Assembly: GCA_030704615.1 (NCBI GenBank)
Contig: CM060731.1
Coordinates: forward strand, 74,276,001 to 74,340,000
Length of the DNA: 64,000 nucleotides
Reading direction: 5' to 3'
Source of the DNA: Takakia lepidozioides
Taxonomy: Eukaryota; Plantae; Bryophyta
The translations under genes were made by a program, and so were the position numbers. Shown in pieces: positions 1 to 13,200 of this stretch (the first letter of the stretch is position 1; each line of letters opens with the position of its first letter). Below the pieces are notes generated by a model that was not told where the DNA came from, searched no databases, and worked only from the letters and a program-made list of their open reading frames with translations.

Positions 1-1003
1 CCCTTGTTGACATGTATGTCAAATGTGGGAGCATGCAATATGTGCGTCAAGTGTTTGATAATTATACTCATCATGGGTGTTGTATGGAGGCTTTTGAGAT
101 GTATGGGCAAATGATACATGAAGAGGTGACTCCGGACAAAATAACTTTCAATTGCGTTCTCAGGGCATGTGGCAGCCTAGCAGCCCTGGAGAAGGGCAAA
201 GAGGTTCATGCTAACATTATCAAATGTGGAATTCCACCAGCTATCATCCTGGAGACTGCCCTCAAAAACATGTACGCCAAATGTGGGAACATGAAGGATG
301 CGCTTGAAGTGTTTGACAACATGGCTGAGTGTGATGTTGTGTCATGGAGCACTATGATTGCAGGATATGCTCAGAATCACTGTGGTAGGGAGGCTTTTGG
401 CATCTATGACCACATGATTAAGGAAGGCGTGGCACCCAATAAATCACATATATCTTCTAAATGTTTGTGCCAGCCTTGTAAGCCTGGAAAAGGGCAAAGA
501 ACTACATGCTGAGATAATCAAATCTGGAATCCCAACACATGTCATTCTGAACACTGCCCTTGTTAACATGTATGCAAAATGTGGGAGCATGGAGGATGCC
601 ATTCAACTGTTTGACAAAATAGCTCAACGGAATGTGGTTTCATGGAATGCGGTGATTGCAGGATGTGGTCAGCATGGTTGTGCCAGGGACGCCCTTCAAT
701 TATTTGAACAAATGCAAGAGAAAGGGTTGAAGCCAAATAGTGTCACATTTATTTGTGTTCTCTCTGCATGTAGCCATGTAAGCCGAGTGGATGAGGGTTG
801 TCACTACTTTGATTACATGAATCAAGTTCATAGCCTTGCTCCTACAGAGGAGCATTTTGGCCACATGGTGGACCTTTTTGCGCGTGTAGGAATATTGATT
901 GATGCGGAGGAGTTTGCCAACAGAATGTCTATCAAACCAGGTACTTCAGTGTGGGGGGCCTTGCTTGGTGCCTGCAGAATTCATGGCAATGTGGCGGTAG
1001 CCG
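1..1003 (+). pseudogene. PLS-class PPR protein fragment (P-L-S motifs into P2/L2/S2-E1), frameshifted and truncated
   Basis: Typical motifs ([65 protein letters not shown]) split over ORFs 12-512 and 568-1203 by frameshifts. Similarity stops abruptly near 1003. Confidence 0.9.
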
Positions 1004-1117
1004 AACTCTTTTGCTTGCAAAGCAGGGGTTGGGTTCATCTGCAAGTTTTTCAATTTTTATTTTTATTTTATTGTGGCAAAATGCCTCCTGCAGTTGAATC
1101 CGCAGGAGGCTGCGACT

Positions 1118-1737
1118 TGCTCCTCCACCGCATCTGCAGTACAAAGCGTGTGTCAAGCACATACCCCGTCTCCTTCATCTGCCCAGACAATCTTTTTGGC
1201 TAAGCATGGATTTCCTTAATTCTGGGATGCAGTTTGTCATCTACAACAAAGCTGTGCGCCCTGTTGCCAACCTCAATGCAGCAACGACCTGGCTCATTCC
1301 TAACCTCTATGACCTTCATCATTTTTCTCACCTTTGCACTATCATCCTCGCCTCCTTCATCTGCCCAGACAATCTTCTCAGCTAAACATGGATTTTCTTA
1401 ATTCTGGGATGCAGTTTGTCATCTACAACAAAGGTATGCGCCCTGTTGCCAACCACAATGCAGCAGTGACCTGGCTCTTTCCTAAATCCTCTAACCTTCA
1501 TCATTTTTCTCACCTTTGCACTATCATCCCACCTGCGAGCTGCAACATAGATGTTTGATAGCAACACATAAGTCGCGGCATCTTGTTCATCCCACTTGAG
1601 AATAGATATTGCAGCATGTTCAGCCATCTCCACATTGCCATGGATTCTGCAGGCACCAAGCAAGGCCCTCCAAACCATAGCTTTGGTTTCATTAGCATTT
1701 TGTTAATGAGCTCCTCTACCTCATCCAATTGCCTCAT
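1118..1737 (-). pseudogene. PPR S2/E1/E2/E+ (PG box, start of DYW) fragment with a ~180 bp internal tandem duplication
   Basis: WRALLGACRIHGNV, ATYVLLSNIY, KEPGHCCIVV..HTFVVDDKLHP, GQMKETGYVLDTRFVL. Segment 1171-1347 duplicates 1353-1529. In-frame stops are present. Confidence 0.88.
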
Positions 1738-1739
1738 AT

Positions 1740-2385
1740 GTTCGCGGTGGCAAGCCGCTTGGTAAATCCTCCGGCATCACATCCTGGTATTTCTCCAAGA
1801 TCCCCTTGATCCAATCTGGGCTCGGCTCCCTATCGCCTTCTCCCTCCACTTGTCTTACGTAAAGCAAAAACTGGGGCTCGTGTGGCTCCTCCACGGCCCA
1901 CTCCTTTGCTGACAGCAGATTTATTCGCCCTCCCACTGGGTTGGGCATTTCTGACACTCGTAAAATTTCGCCACCATTCCCACACAGTAACGTGACTACT
2001 CTCTTGTGGCCATCTATAACCGCTCCTGATTTGCTCCTAAAGGTCATCCCCAAAATGAGATCCACTCCATCGATCTCGCAAATGGTGAAGTTCTCACGTC
2101 CCTCCTAACTCCCCAGCTGAAGAGGAACATCGAACGCCAACCTCGTCGCCAATTGTGGTTCTCCTTTGGCAGAACGCACTTCAATGGAGCCCACATCACT
2201 TGTCGGGAGCCCCAGCTTCCGTGTCGTTGCCGGTGTCATGAAGGAGTGCGACGCTCCTGTGTCCACCAACAATGACACGTTAGTTCCGGAAATTATCCCA
2301 CTCACGAACATTAACTGACTCCCTTTTCGCAAGGCGCCAATTTTTTTATACAACTCACAAGAGTAGTTGCCTACCTTGCAAGTCT
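1740..2385 (-). mobile_element. Internal fragment (protease to start of RT) of the same Ty3/gypsy chromovirus family as 36396-43281
   Basis: VSLLVDTGASHSFMTP and [24 protein letters not shown] are near-identical to about 38330-38972. No LTRs. Confidence 0.9.
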
Positions 2386-2690
2386 TGTTCCATGACACCA
2401 CATTTCGTTCAGCCATGTTGTCGAACACTCCCTCTGCATCTTCAATACTCCCACATTTGGCATACATATCCAGCAAGGCAGTGTTCAGAATGACATCTGG
2501 TACCATTCCAGATCTGACAATGTCACCATGGACCTCTTTGCCGTTTTCCAAGGCTGCCAGGCTCGCACACGCATTGCAAATGCAAACAAACGTGATGTGG
2601 CTGGGCTTCACCTCTTCCTCCATCATTTGCTCATATGTCTCCAAAGCCTCGATACCACGCCCCTGCTGTGCATATCCATATCCTGCGATC
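2386..2690 (-). pseudogene. PLS PPR fragment
   Basis: IAGY..GYAQQGRGIEALETYEQMMEEEVKPSHITFVCICNACASLAALENGKEVH...MYAKCGSIEDAEGVFDNMAERNVVSWN. Confidence 0.9.
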
Positions 2691-2691
2691 A

Positions 2692-3080
2692 GTCTGATGA
2701 GAGGGCAAATCGGGCTGAAATAGTTTGAACAAGAAGTTCCCTCACCACATTGTCCTTGACTTTGTGTCATGACTGATGGAGGATTAAACCGACCACCAAC
2801 CAAAAGGACCTCTTGTATATGCTGCTTGTATCCATGGTGGGGTAATGTCCGATTGGTTTGTGAGAACCACCACGGTGCAGCTGAGCAGCCATAGATTGAA
2901 ACACGACCTCCTAACACCAAACTGACCCTCCTAAGCACCTTGTAAACACCAAAGAAAAATACCAAATCGTGATACTAACAGGAAGAGCCAAACTTCTTCA
3001 CCTTATACATTAAGAGAAAGCCACACCTTGCGATTACGGTTGTCCCACCATCGTGAAGGATCTTTAAAGAACTCATGCCA
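2692..3080 (-). repeat. Unclassified dispersed repeat, inverted copy of sequence at about 57500-57960
   Basis: Shared blocks, e.g. cttcacgatggtgggacaaccgtaatcgcaaggtgtggcttt (reverse complement here) versus cttcatgatggtgggacaatcgcaatcgcaaggtgtggcttt near 57786. Confidence 0.7.
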
Positions 3081-4717
3081 GCTCCGCTCCGTGCTCCAAG
3101 GTAGACTTTTGTGCCCGAAAATCCGGCAGCATCAACATTTTGCCAAGTTCCTTTACGGAGGGGTGCTAATGAGCTTTCAACAACATTCATGCTGATCGCT
3201 TTGGGCTCCATTGGACTCTCCACAACGAGGACATACGAACATGTCCAAATGTACACAAATGTTAAACCAGCTTATGTCTGCAGTGTGGAGATTTTGGAGT
3301 GGTCTCTGAAAACGAGGAGGAGTAGTTGAGCAGCGCCAGTCTTTGGGGACACGATTTTTGAAAGAGGGCATGATGTATGCTTGGGATGCCATGTAGCATG
3401 GGGAGGATGAAGGCATGCAGGGGGGATGGAGGCGATGCCATGCATGAGGGCATGATAGGAGGGGGGATGGGGATGCGGGAAAGGGCACATCTCATGTCCT
3501 TGCAGCGAGAACATGAGGCGCGGGAGGGCGTGCCGCGTGTGTGCAGGCGTTGGAGCGGGGGGAGGGGGTTGGGCGTGGGGTGGGGGGGGGTCCACGCTGG
3601 CGGAACCGGGCCCTCGCATTCAACTCCAGGGCCCATCTAATGCTTGGCATCAACCATCACCAGCCCATAGGACCCAAAACCATAGTCTTTGACGCAAACC
3701 AATTCTGAACATAGTCTCTATAGAACCCAATTCATTCGAACAGTTTGGCTCCACTGCACATTAACTGCTGGATTTACATTTTTTTTCATATGTGCCCTTC
3801 AATCTCTATCTATCATCGTCCTCGAGTCTCAGACCGGTTCCCGAGAGTGTCCTCCATAAAATAAGAACCACTTGCGGATTCCCAAGTCACCCGCATGGCC
3901 GTTCTGATTATGTTATATTCATGTAAGTCAAAGCTCCACGCACAAAGAAACATGCGAACCAAGACAAACGGGAGGTCTCCCCTCCCAAGGGAAACATGCA
4001 CAAGATCCAACAACCCCCAAAAGCCAATTCCAATAAGAGAATGAGGGCTCTGACAGGAACATGCACATAGAAATGTACAGAGGACAGGAGGTCTCCCGTC
4101 CTTACCCACGCCCTCTAGTCTACAAGAGTCTGACGGGTGTGCTTACGAAACCAAAACATGCACATAGTCAGGTAGGGGAGATCTCCCATGGTGATACCTC
4201 TCATAACGACATGAGTAATGAATTCCAAAACTGAACAAAGAGTACACAGAGAACACAGAGCACAGCCATGATGTCCATCACTCTGACATGAAATGAATAA
4301 AAAAAAATGAACCATTTGTATTCATAATTTGCGCTTAGAGAATAGCATCATTGTCGATGTACATTATCTACAATATCCCAGTTGTAGAACCTCCATACCA
4401 GCACCCACTTCTTCACGATCTGCAATACTCACCTCTAGCAGCCACCACTCTTCCGACCCAAGCTGCAAATTACACTGGCTGATAAAGTGCACCCTACACC
4501 CTGCATGACACCTTCTAAGTCCCAACAATCTGTCCCAGAGTCCTAGCAACGTTTCTACGTCTTACCACCGTAGCCGGAGGGCCATGTTTGACAAATACGA
4601 TCACCAAGACGATCCCAACACAACATCCACACACCCGAAGCAGGTACCCAGCCAGTAGCAGGCTTCTTCCAAAAGGACTTCCAACGAAGTTCATAGATCC
4701 TCCAAGCATACGAGCTC

Positions 4718-6353
4718 ATGGAAAAAAAAGCTGGCGAGGCAGGAGACCCCCCTATCTTGGAATTAGGTCAGAACAATAACTCATCCGACTTGGGGTGGTG
4801 CCGAGAGAGAGTGAGGAAATGGTGCACTGTAGACGTGCTTTTCCTCGATTGCCACAGTGGCTATATCCTTCCAAGAGATGCGATGGTAAAGAGGGACAGT
4901 TCTACTCTCACCCAGCTCCCTAAAGGCACGAAAATTAACCCTCACACAGGACTGGCCCTGGAATCATATCACATCATAGTCAGATTCGACTATGACACCA
5001 ACATGGATCGAGCCACAGTTCTGGAGAAGACAAGACGAAGACTTAAGGAGATGGATATCCCCCTGGGAAGCACGCGTATCTCTCCAATCCTTGTGTTCAC
5101 GCAAGCCAAAACCAAACTGTGGAATGGCCTAATCAAGATTGAGATGGCCTTGCTCTACTGAGGGGGGAGCGTGTGTTCACTCTCGAGCTGTCCAGAGGCG
5201 TAAGAGTTATTGGCCATGTGGAGAAAAGCTTCGATCTCGCAGCATCTGGTGACTACTTTTCTTTGCATATTGCTAGTGATGCATTTCATGGATGCCTGGG
5301 GCATACACTGGCTGTCCAGTTCATTGTAGAAGGCTACATTAGCGGAGATGAATATGAGTTCCAGCATGTTGGAAAAAACAAGACAGACACGAAATTTGGG
5401 TTCATATATGTCATCTCCGAAGAGACACGGGCGAAGGTGCTGAAACACGGAGTCAGCTTTGCCAACAACCGCATCAAACCAGAAGTAAGACATACAAACC
5501 TGGCAGGCGTACCAACAACCTCCAAAGAGTTTATTGTTGAACGCAATGCTCTTACACTCCAAGTCAAAAACCTCAACTCCTCCAGAACTCGGGCAGAAAT
5601 AGATGACGTTATCCGAGGGCTGATGGGAAGAAACAATGTGGCGCAGATTTACTCCCGAGGGAGGAGAAGACAAAACATGAAGGCATAGCGTACATCACAT
5701 GCCTTAATCCAGCAGTCTACACTCAATGGTGCTACAGACGCAATATACCGCAGCATGGTCATTTCATTGACTTCATACCACATCCGCAAAGCCTAAGCGG
5801 GTCACTCCCTGTGGCGCCAGAAATTCTCCAGCGGCTTAGCACTGACAACATCAACAAGGCACTAGTGCAGACTGTGGAGTCCATCAACATTGCAGCTGCC
5901 AAGCCAAAAGATACTATCAGCCGGGCTGAGGTGGACCAGCGCTTTGCTGCTCTAGACAAGCGCTTTGCAGAGCACCGCATTACAACAACGGAAGACATGA
6001 GCAAATTGGAAAGGCCCTTTGTCAAAACCTTCACCACGTCAAATGCCCTGAACCTGCAGAATGTGCGCCAGTCCATCACAGCCCACTTCTCAAAGAATTT
6101 GGCCAGCTTTCATGAACATGCCAATGAGGCCCTTTGCAAAATGCCACAACTGCTTGGAGCGATTCTCCCCCCGGATAAGGAGCAGGTAGACACACTAGAC
6201 CAACTTGCCAAAGATTCAGGAAACTTCAACTTTGTCCCGCCACCATATGATCCTGAACTACTCTCCCTTACCATGGCAGGGCAGATACCGGCACCCACAG
6301 TGGCTGATCGCACAACAACAACGGACATACACATGCAGACCGCCAATGAGTAG
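4718..6353 (+). mobile_element. Decayed non-LTR retrotransposon ORF1-like sequence (RRM-like segments plus coiled coil)
   Basis: Three consecutive ORFs in different frames (4718-5161, 5173-5688, 5811-6353) with RNP-like segments (KFGFIYV, TLQVKNL, GIAYITC) and a helical C-terminus. No introns seen. Family assignment is inference. Confidence 0.45.
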
Positions 6354-6939
6354 ACACATGGGAAGCATGCTTAGCAACCAAGAAAGACTCAACGTAGCTA
6401 CCACCAAAAACACACTCAGATTATGTCACAGAACTAGACTGACATCTTGTATTTGAATAGAATTTCCCGACTGGTATTGGGTGGATTCGTCCTCATAAAG
6501 TGTTTGACGTCGGAGGTCTTGACCCAAAGAGATTCAACACACTCCAAGTCATCCAAAGTGATGAGAATTGAGGTGGGCTTGCCTTTTCTGAATATCAGTG
6601 GTGTGACACAAGAATCCTTGGGTGCTGCAATGTCTCCAGGGCAGAGCAGCCAATCAAATCCAGGTTTGGAAATGAGCATGTGTTGAGCACACATTGGTGG
6701 AGGATGTGTTGCAAGAAATACCTGTGGGCCACCTCTGGTTGTAGGGCTTGTCATCTGGATAGATTGAGGAGGTGGGTCTTCACCTAATTTTCCTTAATTT
6801 GCCTTTCTTCATTGCGAGCTTCCTTTGCTGGTGGGCTCTGACCTCCTCTTGCATTGGGTCCCTGTCGATGTCCAAGAGAGGCAGGTCTTGGTCCATAAAG
6901 TTCGGAGCCTGTAGCTGAACTGGTTGATCTCCATATGGC

Positions 6940-7609
6940 TTAGATTGTTTTGGGCAGGTGGAGTGCGACCCACAAATGGCGGTGGTGCAGCTTGAAAGCT
7001 GAATTCAGATCTGTGGCAGGGGCAGCAGGGGGTGATCTCTTGCGTTTTGCTGAAGGGCAGTCGAACTTGATGTGGCCAACCTCATCTATTGGCAATCTCA
7101 CATATTGTGGTAGGGCTTCCTCATTGGGCATCATTAGTACGAATTTGGCACTGCCTGTTTCATTGAGTCTGGAAGCAAATAGTAACTGAGCTCCAGGCTG
7201 GATCCTGTCTGAGATTTAGTGTGCACATTAGCGGATCGAACACTGCCAAACAACCTAGATAAGAGCCTAAGTGGGTGGCTATATCAGGTAGGTTCACCAG
7301 GTATTGGTCTGGAATATAGGGTACTGATATAATCCGTGGACTCCACAACTTACTGTTCCTATGGCCCATTTTGGAAGACCATGGAAAGATATTTACGTCG
7401 AAGACTTTTGTGTGTGGGTTGAATGATAGAGCTTGGATGGCAGCTTCCCTAGTTTCAAAGACTATTGAGAAGAATCCGCGGCCCTTGGCATGACAGAATG
7501 TCTGTTTTAGCTCACCCGAGCCCCCGAGGTGTCTTATCGCCCAATCACGTACATAGGCTCTATTGACTTTCTTCCCTGGAAAGTGAATCATGATGCCATA
7601 CTCCTCCAT
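6940..7609 (-). mobile_element. L1-type LINE ORF1 remnant (DUF4283-like region plus degenerate zinc knuckle)
   Basis: GRGFFSIVFETREAAIQAL...IFPW resembles plant L1 ORF1. Downstream EVGHIKFDCP is a degenerate CCHC knuckle. Frameshifted. Confidence 0.65.
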
Positions 7610-7727
7610 AGATGCCCCTCTTTTAGCGTCAACTCTATTACAGATTTATATGGAAGTCACTGCACAGAATCATATGTCTAGCTGAAAATTTGGTTTTGTA
7701 TTTTTGTTTCAATGGATTTGGGTGCAG

Positions 7728-8927
7728 CTATCTGAAACTCATGGTGCCTCCGCCCCTCCTCCTGCAGTTGTGAGGGTGCTAAATTACAAGTCATGCAGAG
7801 GTATTTGTCCTTTGAAAGCCCCTTACTCTTGTCTTAAATCAAGGAGTAAAGAACAATCTTGAGGATCTAAGTAGTTTCACGCAAAGACACCAAAGCTGTC
7901 TTCAGTGTCTTGGCCTATTCAGCATTGTACAAGCACCAACTGCGTGCAAATCGTATGCGTGACCAGTGTGCAAGACAGCTGTTGGATGTGCCTAACCTTT
8001 GTACTGCATGGCCTGGAGGCAATGTATTAGTAACCAAGATGTTATCGAACATTCTCAGCGATTGTAGTAAAAACTGTACTTTAAGGTCCCAGCTCCCTTT
8101 CTGCTGGTGATTGCTCAGCGTGAGCAATCATTGCCACAAAGGCTACCCTTCCTCTCTACTTTCAGTTGATAAGCAGCCATCACTGTTTGGTTCACATCTG
8201 ATCCCATTCTCATGAAGGAAAGACATTTGAGTCATCGTCTTCACTTTGTCTCTCACATCCACACCAACTTCTGGTCAATTTATGCCTGGCTGTCAAAGCT
8301 GACGGGTGGCTGCATACCAAGGGCTATAATAGTGGCGAGAAAATGATGTGTGGGGTACTGGGCAGGTGCTATTATGTTTGGAGATGCATTGCTTCCTGCA
8401 GAATGTCGGCAGCTTGTAGATCGTTGTGCTTCCAGGTTGGCTAGACCCTTGTTTTATGCTTGTATTCCTGTTTCCTTGCTCTTATCCCTGAAGTTCTGTC
8501 TTGGTGCATAGCTTTGTGTGTAGTGTAGTTTTGCACTTTCCCATGAAGAGTTTCACCAAGTTCTTAGCCACATGGAGACCTACTCAAATTATTAAGTGCA
8601 TACATGTGGAGAATGTACTTACCCTTACATGACATGGGTAACATGCATTGGCCCGCAAGAAGCCAAACATGTTCATGGTCTATGGCAGTGTGCACATGGC
8701 CGCCCTACAATGGTGCCCCTGTTAACCTCCATGCCTTGCACCATCGATTTGGACCTTCATCCGGCAGCATCCGAAGGGTCATCACCAGTGTCACAGGTGC
8801 AGCACCAGTAAACTGTGTGAGTGCATTGGAAGGAAGCAGGAGTAATGTTTGGCACGGTTTGCACACAGACCTTATGCCTACTCTTGCGCGAGCACAATCA
8901 CGGCTACAACAAGCCCAACAAACTTAA
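7728..8927 (+). pseudogene. MLH3: 3' fragment of mismatch-repair/meiotic endonuclease MLH3 (last three exons: 7728-7800, 8366-8435, 8689-8927)
   Basis: Spliced at GT-AG: LSETHGASAPPPAVVRVLNYKSCR-GAIMFGDALLPAECRQLV..LCFQ-CAHGRPTMVPL..WHGLH..TLARAQSRL. These match the MutL C-terminal motifs and the plant MLH3 tail. There is a deletion/frameshift before LCFQ and a -1 frameshift after VPL. No upstream exons. Confidence 0.85.
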
Positions 8928-10282
8928 ATCTCTGATATAGATGAAACATGTCCCAACTTGTACTCTCAACGTGCAACAGAGTCGAGGCATGAAAATATAA
9001 CCAAACAAGAGGCGTGATGAGCAATGCAGCTGTGCTTCATCCACTGAACGCTGACATTGAAATGGGGATAGAAAAAGTATTGCAATTCAATATTGTCGGC
9101 ATTTGGTGCTGCATCCTGGGGGTCCTCGACATTCAACAAAATCAGTGGGTAATCTATGTCCAGCTCTTCCTGGTGCCACCCTTGTGCCACTAGACCAATC
9201 CTCATCTGGCAATGGAGGGAGGGAGTTACCTTCGGATGCAGAGAGCTGTCTCGGAATTTTGAAAAAGGGCTGTAGGGGGGAGATGGGGCATAGGAGAGGG
9301 GGGTACTCTTACTGGAGCATTGTTGGAGAACTTCCTGGAGCGTGCTTGATGAGCCTGAAAAAAACCCGTCCCTGTTGAGGGTTGGGATCTCCTCTGTTGC
9401 GGGTGAACGCCTCCATTGGAGAATCTCGAGTCCATTGAGCCCTTGTGCTGGGATTTGAAGAATCCTGAGGCCATGATAAGAAGGAGCTTAACTGAAGAGA
9501 GGAAGACCTGTTACTAAATACGCACTAGAGAACGCAGACTTAACCTGTGACTAACTAAACTGATGGAGATGGTGATTGTAAAAGCGAAAAGGGAGGAAAC
9601 TTGCAGAACACTTTGATAAATCCTGCAATTAGTGCTAAGCCGAAAGTGAGATTAGGGGTGACGGGAGTAGAAAGCCAAGAAGAGAGACACTGCCGGAGCG
9701 GGAGGCGGCGAGCAGGACGTGAGGCTGGTTCAGCTAGGGATACAGAATGATTAGAAGAGATGAAAGAGGGAGAAAGAAGAAGCTCGCGGATGAACTATAA
9801 GCAAGCCTATGAAGATAAACTTTAGATCTCTGCACCCTTTGAAAATTATATGAAAATGAAGCTTGTTCAACGACGAGGCGGAATGAAGGAGAGTGAGGCA
9901 TAGATCGAAGACCATGATAAGAGAAATCTGTGCGAACGCAAGGGGAAGAGACGATGAGACCGTTGGGGGCTGCAGGGCTCCGCCATCGCTCCCTCAATTA
10001 TTTTCAGAGCAAAAATTAATACATGTCTGCAGGACAACGAGTGACAAACAAGTGGGCACTGAACATACTAAAGGATTCACTACATGTATGTGTGGTTTAG
10101 AATGTATGCAAAAGCATCCATACACTCATACCTCTATGAGAGAGAGAAGAGGGAGAAACTTTCCAAAGCTATACCCTTACCACTTTCTCAATTAATCCTG
10201 AGAAATTTGAATACAATGATGGCATGTGCTTAGGTGGTGCTTAAGAGTGGGCAAACTACTGACCAACAAACATGATCAATAT

Positions 10283-13200
10283 TCAACTATTTGTTTTTGA
10301 AGTGCGGTCAGTAATCTTCTGAAGAAAATCGACGGTTTTGGTATACGCCGGGTCAGATCGGCTTAGAGGTTTGCAGGAATTAACGTGATCTGTGCCATCC
10401 AGAACCTGTCAAGAAAGCACACACCTATATTAGAGGACACTTACTAAATCCAACTTTATCATTCAACTTCCAGTGATTATTAGACTGCTGCAACTTGGAC
10501 CCATCCACCACAGATGTCCTCTGAAGGCCTACTATATTATTCTTGGCTCAGTGTCTTCTTATCAGATGTACTTGTTAGTCTCCTCTAAATCTATCTTGAT
10601 AAATCTAGAGACATACTGAAATTTCATGTTGTCATCCTAATCCTCAACGGTACAAGCACATAAGGGGAGTTACCACAAGATCGCCAAAGCCTGGATATGC
10701 AGACTCAATGGGCACAATTTCCAATCTCAGTGCATAACCTCCATAGCCCTCCACCAAGGGGGTCACCTTTGTCTGCGATCATCATCAAATCAATACCATC
10801 AAAGCAATATTAACACCTAAAACAGGGACAATACACCTTCCCTGCGATAGTTGTCACGAGTCCCGGAACACAATGATGCTTGAATGCATGGTGATCATGG
10901 CTCAGGGCCTTAGTGCTGGATCTAGTTCTCCAACAAGAATTGATAAGAATGAGAGAGTCCTGTGCACCTCACTGAAGCTGAGAACCTCTACACCACTCTT
11001 ATGAAGCAGTCGGATGTTGCGGTTAAGCTCTTCCAGCCTGGGTGACCCGCTCCGCAAGTCCCCTATCTGCTCAACAATGAAGCCCATCACGACTATTAAT
11101 GTTGTTCTACTTCCAGGGAAAAGCTTGGTAACTTTGCACACACAAAGATGTACTCATCGAGCATTGCCTGTGCTCAGTGGGCAATGGGAAACCCTTAACC
11201 CTACTGGACACTAACGTTCCCAGAGCCAGATGCTGGGTCTCCATCTACCGGGATGGAAAAGCCAGGAGTACAACATGAATAGGCCACAGGAAAGGTGAGC
11301 TGGGAGACATAGCTGGAGATGAGAGTGACGCAAAGATCCAGAGAAAGAAACAGATGGTTTGGGGAACCATGCCAAACCAGTTAACCACATCATTGTGAGA
11401 GCATCCCCTTATCCCACAAATGGGGAACAATCTATCAGTATGGACCAATATGTGAGGCCGATGCCCTTACTGGTAGGGTTTCGACTGGTGGAGAGAACAG
11501 ACATTCCTCTCCAACCATTCCCCAGTCACCAGGCTCGTTCCTCTCCAAATCCTACACCACACAGACCTGCATGTGACAACGCTGCACATCGCGATAGGTT
11601 TTAGAGATATGCCCATGTAAAGGGGGAAAGGAGAAGAGCCTACTGAAGGGGCAGGTCGTAGGACGTAGCCAATGCGCCAAGGCATGTCAGCAAGCTTGCT
11701 TCCAAAATGCGGGCAGCTATAAAATACCTGCTTCGTGCAACAAAAAAAGTTACTAAATTAGTTTCTGAAAGCATTACAGGCTTAGAAGGATTGTCATGTA
11801 TGTTCAACAAACCAATAGAAAGCGCTACATGTATTCACATCATTTTGCTATAGTACCTTTACACGGACAGTAGTAGGAAAAACACAACACATCAACCCCA
11901 TTTATATATGTATCATCAATATCCATAACAAAGGCACAAACCACGCTTTGCTCCCAGTTTGCACTGCTTGTCATCCAAATGGGAATCGAAGTAGTAAATA
12001 AGTAAGAGCTGATCACTAAAAATGGTAACCTTCACTACCATACTTGTAATACATTTCCAGGAGGCCACAAGCTGATTGAAACTTTGGAGGGTATCGAGCT
12101 GTTGGTTCAACACCTTTTTGACAGCACATTGTTGCAGAATAGTAAATACATTTTCAGATAATAGGATATTTAGCATTCTCATCTCTGGTTATCCTGTGTG
12201 GAACTGTATCAACGACTACAGGAGATGGTACTGAAGTTTGAGGAAGAATGGATCACACTTAGCAAGAGGAAAAGGATAATTGAGACCAACAATGCCAGCC
12301 GTTTGCTTCACGAGATGGGCGCGCTTTTCATCATGGCTTGCTTGCAGCAAAAGTTGCTTCACTACCAGGCCCCCCATGCTGCACCAAGTAGTCATACCCC
12401 ATATTCAATGAATAAGTCCCTCGGAGAACCAAGAGTACAAGATCTCTCATTCCAAGAGATGATCTGCCAGTGTATTCTCTTTAATGCCAAGCAGTAAGAC
12501 ACATTTTGAATTTCCACATGCACTTCGGGAGAAAATGAAGAGGAACGCACTTCATCTACAGATGCCCATAACAGCAAGGGTTCTGTAAGAGCTATTTGAA
12601 AGGATCTACTCCCTCTTCATAGTGAAGGGTTAGTCAGTTCATATGATTGCCTGCAAGGCATATCTGCTGAATGAGTAAATGTTCCATTGGTTGGGCTCCC
12701 CAGAAGGTAGAGCCTGCACATTCAGTCGTCAAATCTGGTAGAATCTACCTTGGGCCGACATGGTTAGTTTGATTCATTAAAAGTCAAGACAGAGCTCTTC
12801 CATGCGTTGACTCATTGCAACATTTATCCCATGAGCCAAAACCCTCTTACAAAGCAGATCTCTGCATCCATTTGTTGAATGCTACAAGTAGAACCAAAGA
12901 GAGGGCAAACCTGTGAGTGACAAAAACAACAGGGCGTTCGCCAACACCTGCAGCAAGCAGTTTATCTAGCAACATCGAACCCACTTCCTGTGCGAAGCAC
13001 CAGCCCACATCCTGCCGTCTCAGCAAGTATGCCATGGAAAAGTAGATCAGATGTATTTAATGATCTCAACACTAGTATGTAACACAGTCTACTACTCATG
13101 TGGAAACGCTGCATTCACGTTGAGCAGTACAAATGGAAAACATGATCCTTGTAAGACAAACAGCTACAAAGGTGATCAACCTACTGCAGATGCAACCTCT

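Noticed and set aside
1083-1110. 9-bp hairpin as a Helitron 3' end or terminator
   Set aside because: No CTRR at the expected distance on either strand, and intrinsic terminators do not apply to this eukaryotic DNA.
3262-3640. Pro/Gly-rich ORFs
   Set aside because: Low-complexity G-rich repeat sequence with no recognisable domain.
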